Virus record (IMG/VR): IMGVR_UViG_3300042261_000588
Location: 79,855 to 143,854 of that record
Reading direction: 5' to 3' (one strand)
Source: a virus
DNA: 64,000 nucleotides
This document shows, one piece after another, positions 20,382 to 29,980 of this stretch. Position 1 is the first letter of the stretch; the number at the start of each line of letters is the position of its first letter. Under the pieces are notes generated by a model, which was given only the letters and a program-made list of their open reading frames with translations, searched no databases and was not told the DNA's origin. Made by a program: the position numbers and the translations under genes.

Positions 20382-21236
20382 ATGAAGAAAAGGATCGTAA
20401 CTGCTTTTGCTTTAGTTTTGGCAGGATGTGTGACAATACCAAATGGAGGTAATATTCCCATGAATGAGACAGACAACATGATTGGAGCATCAAACAGAGT
20501 TGCAGTTTGTATTGGGTTGACTTCTGTTAATCCTGGTGCCTATCAGGGATGGGCAGGCGATTGTCCTGGATGTGATATTGATGCAAAGGGTCTTTATAGA
20601 CTCTTTTTGAATGAAGGATTTTCTGCTCATCTCATACTTAATTCGGCTGCCACATGGGAGTATGTTCGTAATACAATTTTGGATTCATCCAAATTTCTCA
20701 AGGCGGGCGATTTATTGGTCGTTTCGATTTCTGGTCATGGAGGTCAAATACCGGACGACGATGGTGATGAACCAAGTGGTCAGGATTCCACCCTCTGCTT
20801 ACGTGATGGACAGGTGCGTGATGATGACTTCCTAAAGATGATTCAAAAGCTTCCCAATGGCATACGGCTCGTGCTTATAAATGATCAATGTCATAGTGAG
20901 GGAAATTTCAAGGCGTTGTGGCGTCAGGTGAAGCGTGGTGTCACTCTGGGATCATCGGGTAAGAAGGTAGCTATTCCTTTGATTCGTGGAGTGGGTACAA
21001 ATCAAGTTCAACTCATTCAGTTTGCAGGATGTCGTGAAGCTAATTATTCATACGGATCGTCAAAAGGTGGGACGTGGACTCAGAATCTTCTATCAGCATA
21101 CAAGCCAGAACTAACATGGAGACAGTGGTTTGACAATGCTAATAAGTTGATGCCTAGACAACAGGTTCCAGTCTGGACTCTCTATCCTGAAGGGGGCGTA
21201 TCAGAAGAATTTATCAACGGATCGGTGCTTCGGTAG
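20382..21236 (+). CDS. caspase-family (metacaspase) lipoprotein
   Basis: lipobox LAGC; SGHGGQ and DQCHS dyad. Confidence 0.85.
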   Translation: MKKRIVTAFALVLAGCVTIPNGGNIPMNETDNMIGASNRVAVCIGLTSVNPGAYQGWAGDCPGCDIDAKGLYRLFLNEGFSAHLILNSAATWEYVRNTILDSSKFLKAGDLLVVSISGHGGQIPDDDGDEPSGQDSTLCLRDGQVRDDDFLKMIQKLPNGIRLVLINDQCHSEGNFKALWRQVKRGVTLGSSGKKVAIPLIRGVGTNQVQLIQFAGCREANYSYGSSKGGTWTQNLLSAYKPELTWRQWFDNANKLMPRQQVPVWTLYPEGGVSEEFINGSVLR

Positions 21237-21253
21237 TATAATGAGGCGAGGTA

Positions 21254-21574
21254 ATGTGCCTCGGCAATATGAGGAGGGTGTTTATGGAGAAGGTAGATCG
21301 TTTATTTCTTGAGAAGGACTGTCCGCATTGTGGAGTGATTCGTGCGGAAGTTGATATGGTTGCTGTCACTCAGGATTCTTTCCGGGGGCAAGCAGATCAA
21401 AAGTTTTTCGTTTTCTCTGCGCTCTCAAATGAGGCGTCTATAGACCTCCTAGAGAAATATGGACTGGCTGGCAAAAATATGCCGGTTCTTGTCACATATG
21501 AAGGAGAGGTTCGGACTGATACGAACCAAATTCTCGGCTGGCTGCGTGTGAACAAGATGTCTACTCAGGGTTGA
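21254..21574 (+). CDS. glutaredoxin/thioredoxin-like protein
   Basis: CPHC and MPVL cis-Pro region. Confidence 0.6.
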   Translation: MCLGNMRRVFMEKVDRLFLEKDCPHCGVIRAEVDMVAVTQDSFRGQADQKFFVFSALSNEASIDLLEKYGLAGKNMPVLVTYEGEVRTDTNQILGWLRVNKMSTQG

Positions 21575-21592
21575 CAACAGGTTAATTCCTGA

Positions 21593-22201
21593 ATGATCGG
21601 CACTCTTCACATCGTTTTGGCAATGAAGCCACTTGAAGGCAATTTCGTGCAAAATGCCTTCAAGCACGGTGTTGCTGGTTTGAACATCGACGGTTCTAGA
21701 ATTTCTGGTCCAAAGGGTGATGGCGTATGGGGTACTAGTAACAAGACGATCAATCGGGACAGGAAGTTCAATGCGTCGCCTACTATGGGGGAATACCGGA
21801 GTGAGGCGCATGCAGGGGGCAGATGGCCCTCCAATGTTATTCTTGGTCATCTAGAGGGTTGTCGATGCGTTGGTAACAAGAAAGTAGCCGGAGAGAAGTT
21901 CAGAGGATTGAAGGGAACGAAGGCTCGGTCTTGGAAGAATCAAAGCGTTGACGGCATCAATCGAGTTGGTCATGCTGATGCAGATGGCAAGGAGACTGTA
22001 GAAGCATGGGACTGTCAAGAAGGATGTCCTGCGAAGGCTATGGACGAACAAAGTGGAGTGCGAAAGACAACTTGGGTGTCAAAGTCGCACAAGAACAATC
22101 GTAAGGATGGTTTTCTTGGAGCGGTGGGGCATCCAGGAGAACAGGGATTTAATGATTCTGGTGGTGCTTCACGATTTTTTAAGCAGGTGAAGGAAAGATG
22201 A
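21593..22201 (+). CDS. free-standing DNA MTase internal segment, copy 1
   Basis: HIVLAMKPLEG..GLNIDGSRI..GRWPSNV..GGASRFFK; no catalytic or SAM motifs. Confidence 0.75.
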   Translation: MIGTLHIVLAMKPLEGNFVQNAFKHGVAGLNIDGSRISGPKGDGVWGTSNKTINRDRKFNASPTMGEYRSEAHAGGRWPSNVILGHLEGCRCVGNKKVAGEKFRGLKGTKARSWKNQSVDGINRVGHADADGKETVEAWDCQEGCPAKAMDEQSGVRKTTWVSKSHKNNRKDGFLGAVGHPGEQGFNDSGGASRFFKQVKER

Positions 22202-24714
22202 ATAAAAACACAAGAGATCAGATCAGGCAGTGGATTGCACAAAAGCAAGTTTCGGTAGTTGAGTTACCAACTTCTGTTGAAGTTCAAACTCAACCAACTC
22301 AACCAACTCAACCAACTCAACCAACGGAATTGGTGGAGCCTCGATCAGTCATTCGTGATGAAATCATTCTTGGAAACTGCATCAAAGAGTTGAAAAGGAT
22401 TCCTAGCAATACTTTCACTGCAGTCATTTGCGATCCGCCGTATGGATTGGAGTTCATGGGCAAGGAGTTCGATTCACCGTGGAAGCAGTTGTCAGGATGG
22501 CAAAACGGTGGTGGATTCTCGAAGCCGGGAATTGGGGATCGCAAGACGGAATGGCCTTCGTTTAGTTCGACATCACTCTATGGAGGAGCTAATCCAACCT
22601 GTGGGACTTGTGGAGGCAGGGCAAGGGGAGAGAAAAAGTGTTCTTGCGAGACTCCGAATTGGAAGCCCATTGGGAAGCGAAAGAATCCTGAGAATGAGGG
22701 ATTGCAGGATGATGTAACCAGCATGGGCCTTGCTAAACAGATGAAGATGTTTCAGGAGTGGAACGAGGCTTGGGCAAAGGAAGTTTTGCGGGTGCTTAAG
22801 CCGGGTGGACATCTCCTGTCATTCGGTGGGTGCTATGATGAACACACGGAAGTTTTAACCAAGAGAGGCTGGGTGCGATTTCCAGATGTAAGGGAGGATG
22901 ATTTATTCGCATCTCTGATTCCCGAAACGCATATCGTGGAATGGCTCCCGGCCATCGAACGAGTGTGTTTGAGGCATACTGGCCCGATGTATCACTACAA
23001 GACCAATCTGATCGATCTCGTAGTGACGCCGAACCATAAGATGTTTGTGTCCACGGTTGGGGATAAGGAGCATTTCAGACTTGTAAGGGCAGACGAACAT
23101 GGCAAGGCGATCCGAATGACGAAGACGAGTAGTGGGCAACTGGGAAGTGTGGCGGGTGGAGATTTCATATTGCCAGCAACGACGATTTCGGTTGGACATG
23201 GACACATTCGAGAAGTCCCCGAAAAACGTATTCCGATGAGTGCTTGGTTGCCGTTCTTTGGAATGTGGATTGCTGAAGGAAGTGCGTCTGTTGTCAAAGT
23301 CAAAACGGGTTATGGGTACAACGTGTCTATTGCTCATTTTGATCTTGATAATCTTCGAGAAATCAAGAGGTTGCTCGCTCCGTATTTCAATGCGATCATC
23401 GACGAGAAGCGTGGGAAGATGCGGATCAACGACAAGCAACTGACTGAGTATCTTCGTCAATTCGGAAAGGCGTGGGAGAAGTACATTCCAGAGTGGTTGA
23501 AGGGGTTGGATCAGGACGGGATACGGACATTTCTTGACTGGTATGCGAGGGTGGATGGAGACGACGATGGTCGAATCTATACTTGTTCTCATCATCTGAG
23601 GGATGGGGTGCAAGAGATTGCGATGTATGCCGGATGGGCGGCAGATTGGACTGTTGCTTGTCCGAAAAAGATGCCGCCAAAGATTCGTGATGGAGAGATT
23701 CACTCTCGTCGTCCGCATTACATAATTCGATTACTAAAGGCACAGATAAGGCCATCTTTGTATACTGGCGGGAAAGGCGGCAGGACCGAGATTTCAGAAG
23801 AGGAATGGGACGGCGGAAATGTGTACTGTGTGGAACTTATCAGAAATCATACACTCTATGTAAGAAGGAATGGGAAGGCGGTGTGGTGTGGTAACACTCG
23901 AACCTATCATCGGATGGTTTGTGGGATCGAGGATGCTGGTTTTCAGATTCGGGATAAGATAGATGAGTATTGCGAGCTTGACGGCTATCTGGCTTGGGTT
24001 CATGGACAAGGCTTTCCAAAAAGTTTGAATATCGGAAAGCAGATGGAGAAAATGGAGCGTGGGTGTTCACAGGGAAGACCCGATCCAGAGAGTCCTATGC
24101 ATGGGAAGTGGAAAGGTGGAAAGTCTTTCGGTGGTGGGCAAGCGATGTGGGCAGAAGGAGATGTTGTCAAATCAGAGGATAAGGAATTGACAGGTGATGC
24201 AAAATTGTGGGAAGGATACGGGACCAGTTTAAAGCCGGCGCATGAGCCTATTGCCGTTTTTGGTAAGGATTCAGAGCCTTTGAATCCAGACGTTTCTTTC
24301 AAGTATGAAGCCAAAGCTTCTGGAAAGGAACGCAATGCGGGTTGTGAGAATCTATTCTGGCTGAAAGGGGATGACGGCAAGGATGTCTTAATCTCGAAAG
24401 AAGACTATGACAGGATGGCAGTCGAGAATGAGTCTCGGAAGGATGAAGAAGGATTTCAGAAACATAACATTTCACAGGGCAACAATCATCCGACTGTAAA
24501 GCCATTGGACTTGATGAGATATTTAGTCCGTATGGCCAAAATGCCTGGCGACAATCTGATTCTCGATCCTTTTATGGGCAGTGGGACTCTCGGAGTTGCC
24601 TGTGTTCTGGAAGGATGTAACTTCGTGGGTATTGATATGGACGAGAACTATGTCAAGATAGCGCAGGCACGAGTGGACTATGCCAAGAAACATGGGGAAG
24701 ACGGATATAAGTGA
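22198..24714 (+). CDS. N4/N6 DNA methyltransferase (beta type) with intein
   Basis: DPPYGL, GFPKS, LKPAHEP, HPTVKP, DPFMGSGT. Confidence 0.9.
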   Translation: MNKNTRDQIRQWIAQKQVSVVELPTSVEVQTQPTQPTQPTQPTELVEPRSVIRDEIILGNCIKELKRIPSNTFTAVICDPPYGLEFMGKEFDSPWKQLSGWQNGGGFSKPGIGDRKTEWPSFSSTSLYGGANPTCGTCGGRARGEKKCSCETPNWKPIGKRKNPENEGLQDDVTSMGLAKQMKMFQEWNEAWAKEVLRVLKPGGHLLSFGGCYDEHTEVLTKRGWVRFPDVREDDLFASLIPETHIVEWLPAIERVCLRHTGPMYHYKTNLIDLVVTPNHKMFVSTVGDKEHFRLVRADEHGKAIRMTKTSSGQLGSVAGGDFILPATTISVGHGHIREVPEKRIPMSAWLPFFGMWIAEGSASVVKVKTGYGYNVSIAHFDLDNLREIKRLLAPYFNAIIDEKRGKMRINDKQLTEYLRQFGKAWEKYIPEWLKGLDQDGIRTFLDWYARVDGDDDGRIYTCSHHLRDGVQEIAMYAGWAADWTVACPKKMPPKIRDGEIHSRRPHYIIRLLKAQIRPSLYTGGKGGRTEISEEEWDGGNVYCVELIRNHTLYVRRNGKAVWCGNTRTYHRMVCGIEDAGFQIRDKIDEYCELDGYLAWVHGQGFPKSLNIGKQMEKMERGCSQGRPDPESPMHGKWKGGKSFGGGQAMWAEGDVVKSEDKELTGDAKLWEGYGTSLKPAHEPIAVFGKDSEPLNPDVSFKYEAKASGKERNAGCENLFWLKGDDGKDVLISKEDYDRMAVENESRKDEEGFQKHNISQGNNHPTVKPLDLMRYLVRMAKMPGDNLILDPFMGSGTLGVACVLEGCNFVGIDMDENYVKIAQARVDYAKKHGEDGYK
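22288..22325 (+). repeat. 9-bp tandem repeat (ACTCAACCA)x4 encoding QPT
   Basis: direct reading. Confidence 0.85.
22831..23895 (+). mobile_element. intein with LAGLIDADG-type homing endonuclease (355 aa)
   Basis: CYDEHTEVLT start, TPNH block B, GMWIAEGS, VWCGN|T end. Confidence 0.9.
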
Positions 24715-25352
24715 CCGGAACTCTTCATATTGTTCTTGCAATGAAACCGATAGAAGGCAATTTTGTACAAAATGCCTTCAAGCATGGTGTTGCAGGTTTG
24801 AATATCGACGGGGCTAGGATCGGGTTTGCCAGTGAAAAGGATTTCAAGTCAGCGAAGTTCGGGACGCAGACAGACATAAGAGGCGGAGGGTTTGGCTCCA
24901 AGAGACCTTCTGATGGAAACGTATTGGCTAAAGGAGTCGAGGCTGACGCCAAGGGTAGATGGCCGTCAAATGTCTTGCTCGGTCATCTTTCCGGCTGCAA
25001 GAAGATTGGAGTAAAGAAGGTCAGTGGGACGGCCACTTCTAATGGCGACGCAGAAATTGGCAAAGAGAGTAATGGCGTGGTAAAGTCATTGCGACGTGGT
25101 AAGTTCATAAATAGGACTATTGATGGTAAAGAAACGGTAGATGCGTGGGAGTGTCAAGAAGGCTGTCCTATTAAGGCCATGGATAAACAGAGTGGGAACA
25201 AGTGTGGGGCTGCCGCACCAGTTAAAGGGACAGAAGAGAGTGAGACTGGACAGAATGGGATTTATGGCAGATATAAGAGAGTCGCCAGTTCTTTCCATGA
25301 TGATGGTGTCGGTGGTGCTTCACGATTTTTCAAACAGGTAAAGGGAGATTGA
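24711..25352 (+). CDS. free-standing DNA MTase internal segment, copy 2
   Basis: paralog of 21593-22201 with near-identical termini and divergent middle. Confidence 0.75.
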   Translation: MTGTLHIVLAMKPIEGNFVQNAFKHGVAGLNIDGARIGFASEKDFKSAKFGTQTDIRGGGFGSKRPSDGNVLAKGVEADAKGRWPSNVLLGHLSGCKKIGVKKVSGTATSNGDAEIGKESNGVVKSLRRGKFINRTIDGKETVDAWECQEGCPIKAMDKQSGNKCGAAAPVKGTEESETGQNGIYGRYKRVASSFHDDGVGGASRFFKQVKGD

Positions 25353-25759
25353 CTATGAATGAATGTAAGAAGATCGCTGTTGACTTTGATGGGGTTCTGG
25401 TAAAGTGTTTGCCATCGGATGTTGGTTACGTTCCTGATCGGTTCGGAGAGCCTATCCTCGTGATGATTGAACGAGTCAGGGGCTGGCTGTCAGAGGGTAA
25501 GGATGTTGTGATCTTTACAGCTCGTGTTCATCCAGCGAATCCAGAAGAAGCTGAGATTGCTAGGTTGGCTATTCAGAGGTTTTGCCTCAACAACTTCGGG
25601 ATTGTCATGGAAGTCACTTGCATGAAGTCTCCAAAGATGGCTCGGTTTTATGATGATCTGGCTGTGACGGTGGAGCAAGATACTGGCAGAATCCTGACTC
25701 CGGGATTCGATGAAGAAAGAGAAGCTCCTGACGCACTTGGATCGTTGCTTTCGGAGTAG
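25349..25759 (+). CDS. HAD-superfamily phosphatase
   Basis: IAVDFDGVL, IFTAR, YDD. Confidence 0.8.
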   Translation: MTMNECKKIAVDFDGVLVKCLPSDVGYVPDRFGEPILVMIERVRGWLSEGKDVVIFTARVHPANPEEAEIARLAIQRFCLNNFGIVMEVTCMKSPKMARFYDDLAVTVEQDTGRILTPGFDEEREAPDALGSLLSE

Positions 25760-25767
25760 AATGATCC

Positions 25768-26598
25768 ATGAATAATGAATTAAAATCTCCGGTTACGTTT
25801 CAGGGTGCCAAAGTCCGGTTGGCAAGTCAAATCGTTGATGTTCTATGGGCGGGTAAAGATACGAAGTATTTCGATCTCTGTTGTGGCGGAGGTTCGATCT
25901 CGTTAGAGTTGTTTCGTCGAGGAGTCACTCCTGAGAATATCACCATGATTGATGCCGGACCTTGGGGCAACTTTTGGCAGGCTATAGCCAATGGAAGTTT
26001 TGATCTGAGCGTCTTGAAGATGTTGTTGGATATGGTTCCGAATGATAAGGGCAAGATTAGGGATCATATCGAGCGGTTGTCGAATACCAATGCCAGTGTA
26101 ATGACTCCTTATGTCTATCTTGTGCTTCAAGCCAGCAGTTTTGGAGGCAAGGCGATATGGCGTGAAGGGGACAAGTGGAAGAATACGACGTTTAGGGGCT
26201 ACTGGGAGCCCAAGGATGGCTGTAACAGGCAGTCCCATGTAAACCCTATGATGCCTATGCCGGACGAGCTGTATCGCCGTGTAGAGGCTATTGTGAGAAG
26301 CGAGCTTTATGGCAGGGTCAAAGGACGGCAGGATGTATTACCCGGATGCATAGAAGGTTTGGGACATGGTGTGGCATACATTGATCCTCCTTACAAGGGT
26401 GCTACTGGTTATGGACGGTTTTTCGATGTGATTTCGGCGGCGAAGAAGTTTGGTGGTGTCTGCTACGTTACAGAAGGAGTTCCACTGACGGAAGAAGCTT
26501 ACAAGCTTTCGGAACACAGACAAAAGGGTGGAGTTAGTGGGAATCGAGAAAGGAAACAGGAAGAATGGATAAGCATATTCAGAAACAAGGCACTGTAA
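25768..26598 (+). CDS. Dam-like (D12 class) adenine methyltransferase
   Basis: FQGAK, DLCCGGGS, YIDPPY. Confidence 0.8.
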   Translation: MNNELKSPVTFQGAKVRLASQIVDVLWAGKDTKYFDLCCGGGSISLELFRRGVTPENITMIDAGPWGNFWQAIANGSFDLSVLKMLLDMVPNDKGKIRDHIERLSNTNASVMTPYVYLVLQASSFGGKAIWREGDKWKNTTFRGYWEPKDGCNRQSHVNPMMPMPDELYRRVEAIVRSELYGRVKGRQDVLPGCIEGLGHGVAYIDPPYKGATGYGRFFDVISAAKKFGGVCYVTEGVPLTEEAYKLSEHRQKGGVSGNRERKQEEWISIFRNKAL

Positions 26599-27932
26599 CA
26601 GATAATGAAATCGTTTCGGTGTTTCCCGTCGAGGCTCGTAAACGGTTATTGCCGACGTTAATTTCCAGATTGGTCATGGGAGCTAATGTAATTAGTCCTT
26701 GGCATGGGAGGCAAGACGTTGTTGTTATCGAGGATGTGTATGGATTGACGAAATTAAGCGTTCAGGACTTCGCCATAGCCAAGGAAGTTGCGGAGAGGAT
26801 TACCAAGGAACTTGGATTACAAATGATTGTGCCGTCACATCAAGTATTGGTTATTCGAGACAGGGCGCAGGAGATTGTCGCTTCGATGACGGATTGTCGT
26901 GCGGGCAAGAAGGGCATTATCATGCTCAAGGATCAAGGTGGTTGTGGATATTGGAGGATGTCGCTTCCTGCAAAATACATTAATCGGGATGGGATATACA
27001 TTGATGTTACCGGAGGGACATTGGGATTAGATGGTTTGTTGGAGTATGATACGATCTTTGTTCAGCGTGTATGCAATTGGGATTACTTACTTGTTTTGGA
27101 GAGATTGAAGAAAGCTGGGAAAAGGATCGTTTACGATGTTGATGATGATATTTTTGCAATTCCGAGTGACAATCCTGCCTCAAAGGGAATGGGACGATCA
27201 GAGCAGATGGCGGCGGTTGAGTGCATGAAGATTGCTGATGTTGTTACAACTACGACAAGTATATTGCAGGAACGATTTACTTCATTGCTTGGTCGTGCTC
27301 CGGTTGTAGTGCCTAATGCTATTGACCCAGATGACGGTTGGAATCCAACTCCGATGACGGGAAGTCCGGATGGCAAGAAGAGAATTTTCTGGCAGGGAAG
27401 CAACACACATGACGAAGACTGGAATGAGTGTTTTGATGCAGTAGATCGAGTCATGAAAAAGAGGTCGGATGTTAGAGTCGTCATCATGGGGTTCTTGCCC
27501 ACTCTAGTGAAGGAGAGTCTCGGAGAGCCACATTGGAAGGATCGGGTTGAATACATTGGGTCGATGGCTCCAGAGGCATATTTCAGACTTATTAAACATG
27601 TTCGAGGGGATGTGGGACTGGCACCACTTCGGCATGAACACTTTAATCTTGGCAAATCGTCCATAAAGTGGATCGAGAACAGTGTCATCGGTATGCCAAC
27701 AGTTGCATCGGATGTTGCGCCTTATTCAGATGTGATAGAACATGGAGTCGATGGATTCATTTGTTCGGATACGGATGAGTGGGAAGACGCCATTGATGTG
27801 TGTCTTGATAATGATAGTGTGAGACGGCAGGTGGTTGAAAATGCTCGGGTAAAGGTGCGTCGGGAGTTCAACATCAAGACAGTTTCTGAGACATGGCGGA
27901 GAGTGTTGGTTGGAGATGATCGAAATGGGTGA
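26565..27932 (+). CDS. GT-B glycosyltransferase
   Basis: GCGYWR..P, YDVDDD, KSSIKWIE..G.PTVAS. Confidence 0.85.
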   Translation: MDKHIQKQGTVTDNEIVSVFPVEARKRLLPTLISRLVMGANVISPWHGRQDVVVIEDVYGLTKLSVQDFAIAKEVAERITKELGLQMIVPSHQVLVIRDRAQEIVASMTDCRAGKKGIIMLKDQGGCGYWRMSLPAKYINRDGIYIDVTGGTLGLDGLLEYDTIFVQRVCNWDYLLVLERLKKAGKRIVYDVDDDIFAIPSDNPASKGMGRSEQMAAVECMKIADVVTTTTSILQERFTSLLGRAPVVVPNAIDPDDGWNPTPMTGSPDGKKRIFWQGSNTHDEDWNECFDAVDRVMKKRSDVRVVIMGFLPTLVKESLGEPHWKDRVEYIGSMAPEAYFRLIKHVRGDVGLAPLRHEHFNLGKSSIKWIENSVIGMPTVASDVAPYSDVIEHGVDGFICSDTDEWEDAIDVCLDNDSVRRQVVENARVKVRREFNIKTVSETWRRVLVGDDRNG

Positions 27933-28201
27933 TTAAATAGTGGATAGGAACATTTCAGTCTGTATTGAGAACAAATGTCTGGAGTGAAATTCAAGTGATC
28001 TGGTTGTTCCGAGTGATTGCCCGTATGAGATATTCCACCCTTTGGAATTAGATACGAGCAGAATGCAGATTAAGAAATGGATTGATATGCAAATACTGAA
28101 GTGGAGGGATAAGAACTTGGGAAAGATTGATGGCTCCTAGTTGGGTGGTTCATAGTAACATTTCCTTTATATTTATCCTATCTATGAAAGGGAGAATAAT
28201 C

Positions 28202-29155
28202 ATGAGAGACTTTTTTGCTGGCTTGAGACTGGTGTTGGCTTATACTAATCTAGAGAAGATGAATATTGGGGCTATTGCTCATCAGTTCATCCGTGATACG
28301 ATTATCCCCAGTCTTCAGAAAAGGAGGGGAAAAGCGAAGACGGATACTGATATAGATAGGTATGACCGGCTGATCGAGCAATATGAGTTGTATTCAGATA
28401 TGAGGAATCCCGAAGCGAAGGTTTTTGATTCTGTGGCGGCAAATATTATTCGTCGTCGTGCCCAGCAGTCTGGTTTGAATGATGAGGATACGGAAGACTT
28501 GATGCAGACATTGGCTCTTGGATTTTTCCAGCCATTACGTGTGGATGGAAACGATCTCAGGCAAACGATGGAGAAGTATATGAAGGATCAGGAAAAGGGT
28601 CCTCTATTTCTGAAAAACTATTGGGCTCATATTGTAGACCTTCGGACGAAGTATTTCATTCGTGAATGGCAGAGAAAGCATCAGGAAACGACTTTTCCTC
28701 GTGAGGAGAACGATGAAGGTGAAGAACTTGACCCAATGGTCAATATACGCGCTCCGTCTCAAACAGATGAAGGTTATGTTCGCCAAGTAATGAAGGATTT
28801 GGAGAGTTATGTCCATAAGAATGCTCGTAACTCCAAATATTCAGAATTGTTTGATGTTTGGTTCGACCTTGCTCAGAAGAAGGGCGCTGATAAAGTGAAT
28901 ATGCATCGGGATGTTTATCCGGTGCTTAGAGATCGTGGATTTGAAGGAACTGAGCCAACTTTCAATTATCACTGGATGGCACTCAAGCAGATCATTGCGA
29001 GATTCTTCCAAAATGAGCTTGATGGCGAGGGATATAGTGGAATCAAAAAGATTCTTCGGATGAGTTCTGTGGAGTTTGTCGCATATGCTGAGTATCGCAA
29101 GCGTCTGGCTGCTTGGATGCTTAGTGGAGCTGTTCGCAATCTGTTAGAATCTTAA
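28202..29155 (+). CDS. possible divergent sigma-factor-like protein
   Basis: DTEDLMQTLAL...YWAHIVDLRTKYFIR resembles sigma region 2. Confidence 0.4.
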   Translation: MRDFFAGLRLVLAYTNLEKMNIGAIAHQFIRDTIIPSLQKRRGKAKTDTDIDRYDRLIEQYELYSDMRNPEAKVFDSVAANIIRRRAQQSGLNDEDTEDLMQTLALGFFQPLRVDGNDLRQTMEKYMKDQEKGPLFLKNYWAHIVDLRTKYFIREWQRKHQETTFPREENDEGEELDPMVNIRAPSQTDEGYVRQVMKDLESYVHKNARNSKYSELFDVWFDLAQKKGADKVNMHRDVYPVLRDRGFEGTEPTFNYHWMALKQIIARFFQNELDGEGYSGIKKILRMSSVEFVAYAEYRKRLAAWMLSGAVRNLLES

Positions 29156-29222
29156 GCGATAGTTGGTTCAAGACTGACGAGTGCGGCAATGCCGTGCTAC
29201 GATTTATGAATGGAGATGAAGT

Positions 29223-29699
29223 ATGGTTCCGGCCTATGATTACGGTTGTAGTAACTGTGATAAAACATTTGAGGTTCGGCATCCTATGAAGGAATCGCCG
29301 ATTGTCGTCTGTCCCAAATGTTCGTCTCGTTCTACATATAAGGTTCCTACCTTAATTGGGATTGTAACTCGTTCCAGTCGATCTATCGGGATGGATCGTG
29401 CCGTGGACCAGGTAAAACGGAATGTCGAGATGCAGGATGAGATGAGGAGAGATATGGGTATCGAGAATATTTCCCCTCTTCGTGGTTCCACAATGAAGCA
29501 GATCTATGATGATGCCAAGGCTCAGAAATCAGAGATCAAGGAAAGCATGGCGGCACAAGCAGAGAAGAGGTCAAAGGAGACGGCTTTAAAGCAAAGGGAG
29601 TGGTCAAGAAAGGCTTTGCAGAGGATGCCACAGAGACGGAAAGAGATGTCTGAGAGAAAGGCTGCTGAAGCGTCAGCTAAAAGGGCTATCAGGATTTGA
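29223..29699 (+). CDS. FmdB-family zinc-ribbon protein
   Basis: PAYDYGCSNCDKTFEV...CPKC. Confidence 0.75.
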   Translation: MVPAYDYGCSNCDKTFEVRHPMKESPIVVCPKCSSRSTYKVPTLIGIVTRSSRSIGMDRAVDQVKRNVEMQDEMRRDMGIENISPLRGSTMKQIYDDAKAQKSEIKESMAAQAEKRSKETALKQREWSRKALQRMPQRRKEMSERKAAEASAKRAIRI

Positions 29700-29980
29700 A
29701 AAAGAAACCAGAAACAGATGTTAATATCACATGCGAAGTGTTTCGCGTGCTTCGGAGTGACCCGGTAGGTGATACATCAACCAATCGGGCCGAACTCAGA
29801 ATTGTAAAATGGTCAGGAGGTAAAACACGAGTATTGGAAAAACGAAGGGTTTGGAATCTAAAGAACGGGACTTTGCGTTGCAGACAATTAGTAGGACTTT
29901 CTGCCGATGATGTAGAGTGCATCGTGGCAAACAAAAACGAAATCATAACGATCTTACAAGGAGTTTCAAATGAAGCATGA
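29696..29980 (+). CDS. PC4/YdbC-like ssDNA-binding protein
   Basis: ELRIVKW...LEKRRVW...GLS pattern. Confidence 0.5.
   Translation: MKKKPETDVNITCEVFRVLRSDPVGDTSTNRAELRIVKWSGGKTRVLEKRRVWNLKNGTLRCRQLVGLSADDVECIVANKNEIITILQGVSNEA

Noticed and set aside
22288-22325. Tandem repeat as a phase-variation switch
   Set aside because: The 9-bp unit keeps frame and only changes linker length
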